This document shows, one piece after another, positions 53,964 through 61,638 of a stretch of DNA of 64,000 nt (the stretch's first letter is position 1; each line of letters begins with the position of its first letter). The DNA lies in assembly GCA_024102815.1 (NCBI GenBank), contig JAGFJJ010000069.1, forward strand, positions 271,116 through 335,115, given 5' to 3'. Origin of the DNA: Phycisphaerae bacterium. Its GTDB lineage: Bacteria > Planctomycetota > Phycisphaerae > UBA1845. The notes under the pieces were generated by a model. It saw only the letters and a program-made list of their open reading frames with translations, had not been told where the DNA came from and did no database searches. The translations under genes and the position numbers were made by a program.

Positions 53964-55370
53964 ATGGGAATTGCGCTCATGCTCCAACCAACAATGGGCA
54001 TTATCGTCGGCGGCGGGCCCGCCCCGGGCATCAACGGCGTCATCGGTGCCGCCGCCATCGAGGCTGTCAACAATGGCTTGAAAGTCGTCGGCTTCTACGA
54101 CGGGTTCAGCTACCTCGCCGGCGAGGAGTTCGATCCCGACCAGCATTCCGTCGACTTGAGCATCCGAGACGTCGGGCGAATCCACTTCGACGGTGGCTCG
54201 ATTCTCCGCACTGCTCGAACGAGCCTGCTCGATATCGAGGCGCTGAAGTCCTCCACAGTAGCCAGGCCCGACATGCCCCGCGTCGTTCGCGTTTACGAAC
54301 GCCTTCGGCAGCGCGGCGTCACCCACCTGCTCACCATCGGCGGCGACGATACCGCGCTGAGCGCCCGCTTCGTGGCCGACCACTCCGGCGGGCGCATTCG
54401 CGTCGTTCACGTTCCCAAGACCATCGACAACGACCTCCCCCTTCCGGGTGATACACCAACGTTCGGATTCACCACAGCACGCCACTTGGGCTCGACGATC
54501 ATCGCCAACCTCATGGAAGACTCCCGAACGACGAAGCGTTGGTACATCGTCGTCACCATGGGTCGCAACGCAGGCCACCTGGCGCTGGGAATCGGCAAGG
54601 CTGCTGGGGCCACCATGACCCTTATTCCGGAGGAATTCGGGGAATCCACGAGCATTCGCGCCATCGCCGATCACATCGAGGGCGCCATCCTCAAGCGCCG
54701 CACAATGGGCCGTCAGGATGGTGTTGCTGTACTGGCCGAAGGGCTTGCCTACAAGCTGGGGGATCGCGAAGAACTTTCCCGGATTCTCGGGCGGGAGGTT
54801 CCCGTTGACGCCGCCGGACATCCCCGGCTTTCGGAGGTTCCCCTGGCCAGGATCATTACCGACGAGCTCCAGCGCCGCTTCCGGGAGCGCGGGGACAAGC
54901 TGACCCTCGTCGCCCACACCCTGGGCTATGAGCTCCGCTGTGCCCGTCCGACGACTTTTGATATGGGCTACACACGCGACCTGGGCCACGGCGGGGTGCG
55001 CCTCCTCCTGGACTCCACGCGCGATCTGCCGCCGGGCGTCATGGTTGCGCTCAAGGAGGGTAATCTGCAGCCCGTGGCCTTCGAGGACATGGTGGACCCC
55101 CATTCCAACCGCACGCGCGTCCGCTATGTCGATTTGACGAGCTACAGCTACAGTGTTGCCCGCGCCTACATGATCCGCCTCGAGAGAAATGACTTCGAGT
55201 CGCCGACCATGCTCGCCGCCATCGCCGCTGAGGCGGGACTGACCCCCCACCAATTCCGCCAGCGCTACGCCCACGTCGTGGAGGCCAGAACGCTGACGGT
55301 CAGCGACCGCGGTGGCCGCGCTCGCGACGTCGTCGCCCCGTGCGGACCCATTCCCAACCAAGCATCGTAG
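53964..55370 (+). CDS. pfp: 6-phosphofructokinase, pyrophosphate-dependent signature
   Basis: GGGPAPGINGVI, LLTIGGDDTA, VVHVPKTIDNDL, TFGFTTA, VTMGRNAGHLALG. GGDD plus PKTIDND is the Asp/Lys pair associated with PPi use. Confidence 0.88.
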   Translation: MGIALMLQPTMGIIVGGGPAPGINGVIGAAAIEAVNNGLKVVGFYDGFSYLAGEEFDPDQHSVDLSIRDVGRIHFDGGSILRTARTSLLDIEALKSSTVARPDMPRVVRVYERLRQRGVTHLLTIGGDDTALSARFVADHSGGRIRVVHVPKTIDNDLPLPGDTPTFGFTTARHLGSTIIANLMEDSRTTKRWYIVVTMGRNAGHLALGIGKAAGATMTLIPEEFGESTSIRAIADHIEGAILKRRTMGRQDGVAVLAEGLAYKLGDREELSRILGREVPVDAAGHPRLSEVPLARIITDELQRRFRERGDKLTLVAHTLGYELRCARPTTFDMGYTRDLGHGGVRLLLDSTRDLPPGVMVALKEGNLQPVAFEDMVDPHSNRTRVRYVDLTSYSYSVARAYMIRLERNDFESPTMLAAIAAEAGLTPHQFRQRYAHVVEARTLTVSDRGGRARDVVAPCGPIPNQAS

Positions 55371-55612
55371 CTTCGGCCGAAATTCTCCCAGCTACGCACT
55401 TCATGACTTGGGCAAGCTGGCCTACCCGAAGTTCATTTGCGCTGCCGCTGTTTTCCAGGCCCTTATCAGATTTCCCCGATTTGCTTCCCGCAGAATAAAG
55501 TGCCGATGTCTCCCCTCCGGCAAATCTCAGGGAAACCCCCCATAGATCCTTCTTTCATTTCTGCCGAAATTACCCGTGGTCGGGGGCATAACTTGGCTCA
55601 GTGAGTTAAAGT

Positions 55613-56353
55613 ATGACTGCACCCGTTCTCCATGTCATCTCGGGCTGCCCTGGTTTTCAGCGGACGCTGACGGAACTTGCAGAGGACCGTGCCGCAGAGC
55701 TCCTGCTTTACGCCGATCCCGACGCCTTCGGCGCAGGCCACGACGCTCATGTCGAACCCGAGTGCCTGGTTCTGGATGTGGGCGACCCTTCGTTCGAGAG
55801 CAGCAGAGCCGCGGGGCGATTGCCGGAATCGCTCCGAAACGCCCCCCCGCTCATCTTGGCGGTACCGTTTTGTGGAGGGTGCTGTTTACTCGTCGCGGAC
55901 GCGCTGCGTTGCGGTGCCGAACTCCTGGCCAAACCGCTGAACGCGACGGCGCTTTCCGACATGGTCACGCGGGCGTGGAATGTGGACCGGCGCCGCAAGA
56001 CATTCCGCACCAAGCGCGACGAGATCGCGCGGCGGCTTGGAACGCTGACGCATCGTGAACGCCAGGTCCTCGACCTCGTGGCGTGCGGCTACCCCAACAA
56101 ATGCATCGCCGCGGAACTTGAGTTGAGCCAGAAGACGGTCGAGGCTCACCGTTCCAAAGTCATGCACAAGATGCAGGCCCGGTCCCTCGCAAAGTTGATT
56201 CACATGCTGTACATGCTCGAGCCGGGTAGCATGGATCAGGAACTCATCATCGGATCAGCCGAACAACCGCGGGAGGCGATTCCGCCCCTCGATATGCGCC
56301 GGTGGGCTCCAGCGAACCCCTTGTTGGTTCACGCCGCCGCGGCCAACTCCTGA
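55613..56353 (+). CDS. LuxR/FixJ-family regulator with degenerate receiver domain
   Basis: C-terminal LTHRERQVLDLVACGYPNKCIAAELELSQKTVEAHRSKVMHKM HTH. The N-terminal REC-like fold lacks the acidic pair (HVISGCPG) but keeps LVLDV and AKPL. Confidence 0.85.
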   Translation: MTAPVLHVISGCPGFQRTLTELAEDRAAELLLYADPDAFGAGHDAHVEPECLVLDVGDPSFESSRAAGRLPESLRNAPPLILAVPFCGGCCLLVADALRCGAELLAKPLNATALSDMVTRAWNVDRRRKTFRTKRDEIARRLGTLTHRERQVLDLVACGYPNKCIAAELELSQKTVEAHRSKVMHKMQARSLAKLIHMLYMLEPGSMDQELIIGSAEQPREAIPPLDMRRWAPANPLLVHAAAANS

Positions 56354-56447
56354 GGCAGACGGCAAGCGCACACCCTTCGGGAATTAGCCTGACGCTACCA
56401 TCACGAATAGGCCTGAATGCGCGCCGGCCTGACCGCCGATTGACGGC

Positions 56448-56738
56448 TCAGGGGCAGAGATTTCGTTGCGTGCCGAGCGGCGGATCGGTCTGATCGCAGC
56501 CTCCCGGCACAGTGCAAATCGGGTCGATGCAGTAGTCGCCGATAGACGCCGCATTCGTTTGAAAGCTTCCCGGCGTACAGTTGGCGAAGATGGTACCGCA
56601 GGGATCAAAGATCTGGCTCAGCTCCACGAGACGGCTGTCGCACGAGCCGATGAATCCGAATTGCATGAGCGTGGCTGCGCTGAACAGCGCTATCCCTGCC
56701 AGAAGCTTCCGTCCTGAGTTCTTTGAGTGAATGGTCAT
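56448..56738 (-). CDS. Small secreted Cys-rich protein (96 aa), paralogue A
   Basis: ATG 56738: MTIHSKNSGRKLLAGIALFSAATLMQFGFIGSC..., 7 Cys, ends NLCP. The ORF is open to 56924, but only the short form has a signal peptide. Confidence 0.55.
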   Translation of the reverse strand: MTIHSKNSGRKLLAGIALFSAATLMQFGFIGSCDSRLVELSQIFDPCGTIFANCTPGSFQTNAASIGDYCIDPICTVPGGCDQTDPPLGTQRNLCP

Positions 56739-56823
56739 CGTGTTTGTCGCTCCGCGGGGCAGCGTCCGGTGCCCCCAGTGTGCTCGAGAAACAGAACCGC
56801 GCGCAGGTCGTGACGCATCCGCA

Positions 56824-57078
56824 TTATTGCGTCGGGCAATCCCGGAACAGCGAGTTCGCGTCGCCGCTCTCAATCGTCGAATTGCCGCTCCCGATACCGC
56901 TGCACGGATCGACCGTGCCGCCAAAGAATCCGTTCTGGCAATCGAAGATGAAACAGAAGTTCGTGGAGGTCAGCATGGATTCGCCGACGAAACTCGTGCA
57001 CGAGGAACTTGCCGCGTATAACAGTCCACCGCCGAGCAATATGCTGGCGGCCATAAACGAGCGACGACGACCACGCAT
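56824..57078 (-). CDS. Small secreted Cys-rich protein (84 aa), paralogue B
   Basis: ATG 57078 with AGGAG 7 nt upstream: MRGRRRSFMAASILLGGGLLYAASSSC..., 5 Cys, ends RDCPTQ. Shares IFD(P)C and the terminal CP with paralogue A. Confidence 0.55.
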   Translation of the reverse strand: MRGRRRSFMAASILLGGGLLYAASSSCTSFVGESMLTSTNFCFIFDCQNGFFGGTVDPCSGIGSGNSTIESGDANSLFRDCPTQ

Positions 57079-57350
57079 GGAAAGTCTCCTGAAGAAACAA
57101 ACAGACCATCAGCGTGCGCCACGGGCCGAGGTTTCGCGCCATGCATCGGCCGGCAGCGACACGCGCCCGGAATACCAGCCCCAGGAGGCCGGTCTGTAAC
57201 CGGGCGCACCGTCCTTGAATCGGCATATTATCACGGCTGGCGGCTGTCCGGGCAACCCCCACCCGTCAAGCCGAGGTGAAAAGCCGTCAATCGGCGTTTT
57301 CCCAGTCATCGGAACCGGACCTCAAGTTGCCTTGCCGGAGGCCGGGGCCT

Positions 57351-57884
57351 TCAGGATTCATCCATGGCATTGTCGTGGCGCGTCCCGCGTTTTCGCAGGC
57401 GTTCTTCGAGCCGCCGGGCAACATCCAGCGGTACAAGCCGGGCGAGGTGCTCCGGATCGTAACTCCCGATCTCCACGATCTGCTTGATGAGCGTGCTCGA
57501 CGTGAGCACGTGCTGCCCGCTGGTCATCAGGAACACCGTCTCGATGTCCCCGATGATTCGGTTGGTCATGGCGATCTCCAGTTCGGCGTGGAGATCAACC
57601 GTGTCCCGAATGCCGCGCAGGATCACTCCCGCGTCCATCTGCTTCGCAAACTCCACCGTCAGCCCAAGAAACGTACGGACCTCGACGTTGGCCAGGTCGC
57701 CCGCGTGCTTGGCCACCATTTCCCGTCGTTCCTCCTGCGAAAAGACTGCGGTCTTGGTGGGGTTGTCGCCAATCGCCACGATAAGGTGCGGGTAGAGCCG
57801 GGACGCGCGGCGGATGATGTCCAGGTGGCCGTGGGTCACCGGGTCAAACATGCCGGGAAAGATTGCTCGTTCACGAGAGGGCAT
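57351..57884 (-). CDS. coaD: Phosphopantetheine adenylyltransferase
   Basis: AIFPGMFDPVTHGHLDIIRRA, and the RGIRD / SSTLIKQI pattern. ATG 57884 is preferred (the ORF is open to 57938). Confidence 0.92.
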   Translation of the reverse strand: MPSRERAIFPGMFDPVTHGHLDIIRRASRLYPHLIVAIGDNPTKTAVFSQEERREMVAKHAGDLANVEVRTFLGLTVEFAKQMDAGVILRGIRDTVDLHAELEIAMTNRIIGDIETVFLMTSGQHVLTSSTLIKQIVEIGSYDPEHLARLVPLDVARRLEERLRKRGTRHDNAMDES

Positions 57885-58021
57885 AGGAAAAGCCTGATTC
57901 CGGGCGGCAGCGGCCGCGTACTGAATCCGAGAAGCCATTCTAGGTTAGCGAGCCCCTTCGTCCAATCGCACAAACTTCGGCGGCTTGACAGTCGCGAGAG
58001 GGGCTACGATCGTGACCGCTC

Positions 58022-58969
58022 ATGAACCCGAAGAGACCATCAGGTTCCGGGATCGACTTGTCCGTTGATCTTGCCGGCGTGCGTTTGCCCAATCCCGTGA
58101 TGACGGCGTCGGGCACAAGCGGCTACGGAGCCGAGTACGCACGTTTCGCCAACACCGATCAACTCGGTGCCTTCGTCACCAAGGCCGTCTCGCCGGAACC
58201 CCGGCGCGGCAATCCGCCGGAACGCACCGTCGAGACCCGGGGAGGCATGCTCAACGCCATCGGCCTGGCCAACGTCGGACTCGACGAGTTCATTCGCGAG
58301 AAGCTGCCCTTCTGGGAGGGCAACTCCACGCCAGTCATCGTAAACGTCGTCGGCCACACCGTGGAGGACTACCAGGCGGTCTGCCGACGCCTTGACCCAA
58401 TCGAGCGTATCGCCGGCCTGGAACTGAATGTCTCCTGCCCGAATGTCGTTGATGGACTGGAATTCGGGACCGATCCCGCTCGCCTGGAGAAATTCGTGCG
58501 AGCCGTCAGGCCGACCGTCCAGCGGGCCAAACTCATCGTCAAGCTCTCGCCCAACGTAACGGACATCGCCGCTTGCGCGGCCGCGGCGATTTCCGGCGGC
58601 GCCGAGGTTCTTTCGGTCATCAATACGCTCACGGGCATGGCCATTAACGTGGAGACGAAGCGTCCCATGCTGGCGAACCGAACCGGAGGCCTGTCCGGCC
58701 CCGCGATCAAACCTGTCGCCCTCTTCATGGTTCATCGCGTATTCAGCAAGGTCGCCAAGGATGCGGGCGTCCCCATCATCGGGATGGGTGGAATCATGGA
58801 CTGGCGGGACGCGGCGGAATTCCTGCTGGCCGGCGCCAGTGCCGTGGCCGTGGGGACCGCACTGTTCATCCACCCCGATACGCCGGCGCGAATCTGCGAA
58901 GGACTCTCCGATTACTTGCGCCGTCACGGGCACGTTCGCCTGGGCGATATCGTCGGCGGCGTCCTCTGA
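58022..58969 (+). CDS. pyrD: Dihydroorotate dehydrogenase, class 1 (Cys active-site base)
   Basis: LAGVRLPNPVMTASGTSGYG, ELNVSCPNV, LSPNVTDI, GGLSGPAIKP, IGMGGI. Confidence 0.92.
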   Translation: MNPKRPSGSGIDLSVDLAGVRLPNPVMTASGTSGYGAEYARFANTDQLGAFVTKAVSPEPRRGNPPERTVETRGGMLNAIGLANVGLDEFIREKLPFWEGNSTPVIVNVVGHTVEDYQAVCRRLDPIERIAGLELNVSCPNVVDGLEFGTDPARLEKFVRAVRPTVQRAKLIVKLSPNVTDIAACAAAAISGGAEVLSVINTLTGMAINVETKRPMLANRTGGLSGPAIKPVALFMVHRVFSKVAKDAGVPIIGMGGIMDWRDAAEFLLAGASAVAVGTALFIHPDTPARICEGLSDYLRRHGHVRLGDIVGGVL

Positions 58970-59001
58970 ACCTGCTTCGGGCGACGCCTTTCCCCATTGC
59001 G

Positions 59002-60048
59002 CTAAGACGACTGCTGCTTGGCCTGCCGGTATTCGTTCCATCGCGCAGCCCACAGGCCGATCTCGAACAGGGCATACATGGGCACGGCGAGCATCATCTG
59101 GCTCATGACATCGGGTGGAGTGAGAATCGCGGCCAAAACGACGATACCCAACAGAACGTATCGCCGCGCCGAGGCCAGCGTCTGACGCCGCACCAACCCG
59201 CTCCAGGACAAGAAGAACACGACGATGGGCGTTTCGAACGTCAGCCCGAACGCCAGGGCGAGCGTCAGTACGAAGGCGATGTACTCGTCGAGGGCAAACT
59301 GGCTGTGAATGCTGGTCAGCCTCGGTGGAAGAAGCGGCTCCGTGGACAACAGGCCGGAAGGTGCCTGCACCATCAGCCGGCGCGTCGTGCCGTTGAACCA
59401 AATGGAACCGGATTGCGGGTTCTGCGGATCATCGCGCAGTATGGGAACAACGACCGGCGCTGCCTCCGCCTCGCCCGGCGGCGCCTCCTGTTCGGTATCG
59501 AACAGGAGGCGGGCGAGCGGTCCGCTGTGAAGGTCAGGAAGGTCGAATCCGCGGTTAAACTGGATGAAGAACTGCAGCAGCATTGGCAGAACGATGAAGT
59601 AGAGGAACGCCACACCCACTACGAAGAGCCCGACGGACGCCGGCATCAGCAGTTTTACGAAGCGCCGCTCGTGGCGGTAAAGCCCGGCCGAAATGAACTG
59701 CCAGAGCTGATAAAGAACCCAGGGCATGGCCAGGATCAGTCCGGTGAGAATACTGATTCGCAGGTATGCGCTGAAGGCGCTCGTGGGCGAGAGCACCTGG
59801 AGACCGGGGGCCATGCCGTTTTCATATTGGACGACGAGCAGCGGACGGAGAATGATGACCAGGATTTCCCTGCCGAATAGCAGTGCGAGGCCCGCTCCGG
59901 CCCCGATTCCCAGCAGTGACAGTATCAGTCGGGTGCGGAGCTCCTCAAGGTGATCCCCGATGGACATGCGCAGGCCGAAATCGTCCTCATTGCCGTGGCC
60001 GACTTGTTCTTGGCTGGCAGGGTCCGGTCCACGAGACATGGGGAGCAA
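59002..60048 (-). CDS. tatC: Twin-arginine translocase subunit TatC
   Basis: GDHLEELRTRLILSL, six TM helices, PPDVMSQ near the C-terminus, with an insertion in the periplasmic loop. Confidence 0.92.
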   Translation of the reverse strand: MLPMSRGPDPASQEQVGHGNEDDFGLRMSIGDHLEELRTRLILSLLGIGAGAGLALLFGREILVIILRPLLVVQYENGMAPGLQVLSPTSAFSAYLRISILTGLILAMPWVLYQLWQFISAGLYRHERRFVKLLMPASVGLFVVGVAFLYFIVLPMLLQFFIQFNRGFDLPDLHSGPLARLLFDTEQEAPPGEAEAAPVVVPILRDDPQNPQSGSIWFNGTTRRLMVQAPSGLLSTEPLLPPRLTSIHSQFALDEYIAFVLTLALAFGLTFETPIVVFFLSWSGLVRRQTLASARRYVLLGIVVLAAILTPPDVMSQMMLAVPMYALFEIGLWAARWNEYRQAKQQSS

Positions 60049-60080
60049 TCCTCAAACGGGAGTGTCGTGTGGACGCGTGG

Positions 60081-61403
60081 CTAACGTGCGCCCTCAGATC
60101 GCGCGCCCCGCGGAGCGATTAAACGGTTACTTATGTGCTGCGTGGTCAGAACGCGCCGCAGTTGAGCACTACGCTGCGGTGCGGGGGCAATCGAGCCGTT
60201 CTCGTCCCCCATTTGCGGAACCGGATCGAGGGGCGGATTCCAGTATCGGAATGCCAATGACCATTGCTCGCCGTCAACGTCGGCCCCAGCCTGCTGCAAC
60301 CGCATCAGTACATCACGGAGGGGCACGCGCAGGATCTCGAGCGTCTGGCCCGGTGGGATCTCGCGAAGCTCCGGTTTCTGCTTCCCCGTTCTTGCCGATG
60401 GGGAGAGCTGTGCAATGTCCTTGAACTCCTCCCCTCGGGAATACACCCACGTTCCACGCGCCAGGGATGAGTCGGCACCGAAATCGGTTCCCACCCAGAG
60501 CGGAACATCTTTCCGGTTGCGGATGGCTACGACCAGGTCTCCGTCGGACTGCTCGACGCTCAAGCCGGCGGCCACACCGGCGCGCGACACGGAATCGGGC
60601 GCGGACTCGGTGACTTTGATCGTCGCTACATTACTGACGACCCGCCCCACATGATTCTCGAGAAGGACGGGATCGGACCAGGGCGGATCATAATCCAGCC
60701 GAACGCTGTACCGACCGGCGTCGAGCATGCGAAACCGCCCCCACCCACGATTGAATTCTTCAAGCTTGAGTTCGCGCCGCTCGCCCGGACCGAGCACGCT
60801 CACGGGCGGGTCATCAAGCCGGTCCTCGACAACGCGGGCCAGCGATGAATGGGGTGCATAGTCGTCGGTGTAGAGTTCGATCTTCGAACCGTCCGGCCCT
60901 TCGACGTAAAGCCAGTCGGCGACGTCCAAGAGCAGGCCCAACTGCCCCGCCTCCGCCTCAGTCTCGGCCGGAGCGGAATCAAACGGGATTCGCGCCGGCC
61001 AAGGCGTGGCATTGTGCAAGCGGATGAAAAGCGCTACCGGTTCGTTCCAGGCAATGCTCGCCCGGGAGAAAGCCAGTTCGACCTGAACGCCGCTGAAAAG
61101 CAGTCGATCCAGCGTCCGCAACAATACCCCCGCCCGAAGCGCGGCCTCTGCATTGCCGCTTCGAGCCACCTCCTCAAGCGGTTGATAAGCCTGCATCCCA
61201 ATAGCGCAGAGGTTGCGCGTGGCCTCGGTACGCTTCTCGTATGATGAATTGCCCAGATCGGCGATGAGCCGATCCAACTCCTCCGGCGAGACGGGACCCT
61301 TGGTCAGGCCGGTCGATCCTTCACCCTGAAGTCCGCCCGCGCAGACGGCCGCTGCCAGTAAGCCGATCGCCAGCACCCAGGTTCGCATCGACAGTGTTTT
61401 CAC
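60081..61403 (-). CDS. Hypothetical secreted protein (HEAT-like N-terminal segment, beta-rich remainder)
   Basis: Signal MRTWVLAIGLLAAAVCAGG. LIADLGNSSYEKRTEATRNLCAIG...ARSGNAEAALRAGVLL. No family recognised. Confidence 0.7.
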   Translation of the reverse strand: MKTLSMRTWVLAIGLLAAAVCAGGLQGEGSTGLTKGPVSPEELDRLIADLGNSSYEKRTEATRNLCAIGMQAYQPLEEVARSGNAEAALRAGVLLRTLDRLLFSGVQVELAFSRASIAWNEPVALFIRLHNATPWPARIPFDSAPAETEAEAGQLGLLLDVADWLYVEGPDGSKIELYTDDYAPHSSLARVVEDRLDDPPVSVLGPGERRELKLEEFNRGWGRFRMLDAGRYSVRLDYDPPWSDPVLLENHVGRVVSNVATIKVTESAPDSVSRAGVAAGLSVEQSDGDLVVAIRNRKDVPLWVGTDFGADSSLARGTWVYSRGEEFKDIAQLSPSARTGKQKPELREIPPGQTLEILRVPLRDVLMRLQQAGADVDGEQWSLAFRYWNPPLDPVPQMGDENGSIAPAPQRSAQLRRVLTTQHISNRLIAPRGARSEGAR

Positions 61404-61638
61404 GGGCGAGCGCTCGCTTTATCGGTCTCTATTCCCTTGAGTTACTTCGACGCCTGAGGAGACAGAATTGACAAAGCGTGGCACGCCCTTCCCCAGACCG
61501 CGATTTCAGTACTGCTCTTGCATACCTTACGCATGCTGACCCGCTCGGTCGGACCAACCCGCGGATTCAACACCGTGCGCAAGCCGGGTAGTATAGAATG
61601 GCTGCGGAAGGTCGCAATCGCGCGCAATAGCCGCCTGC

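Noticed and set aside
53913-55361. 482-aa minus-strand ORF
   Set aside because: An exact shadow of the phosphofructokinase gene. The plus-strand product has all PFK motifs and the antisense product has none.
57283-57300. GCCG-tcaat-CGGC flanked by A/T runs downstream of coaD
   Set aside because: It has only a 4-bp GC stem with a bulged extension, which is too weak to call a terminator. coaD may be co-transcribed with the two small Cys-rich genes.
58040-59401. 453-aa minus-strand ORF spanning the pyrD and tatC regions
   Set aside because: It is antisense to pyrD and out of frame over tatC. Both real genes are strongly supported, and the product is low-complexity Arg/Gly/Asp.
61406-61417. Perfect palindrome GCGAGCGCTCGC just upstream of the 60081-61403 gene start
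   Set aside because: A short GC palindrome of a kind expected by chance in GC-rich DNA. It directly abuts the start codon, leaving no room for a promoter. No supporting context.
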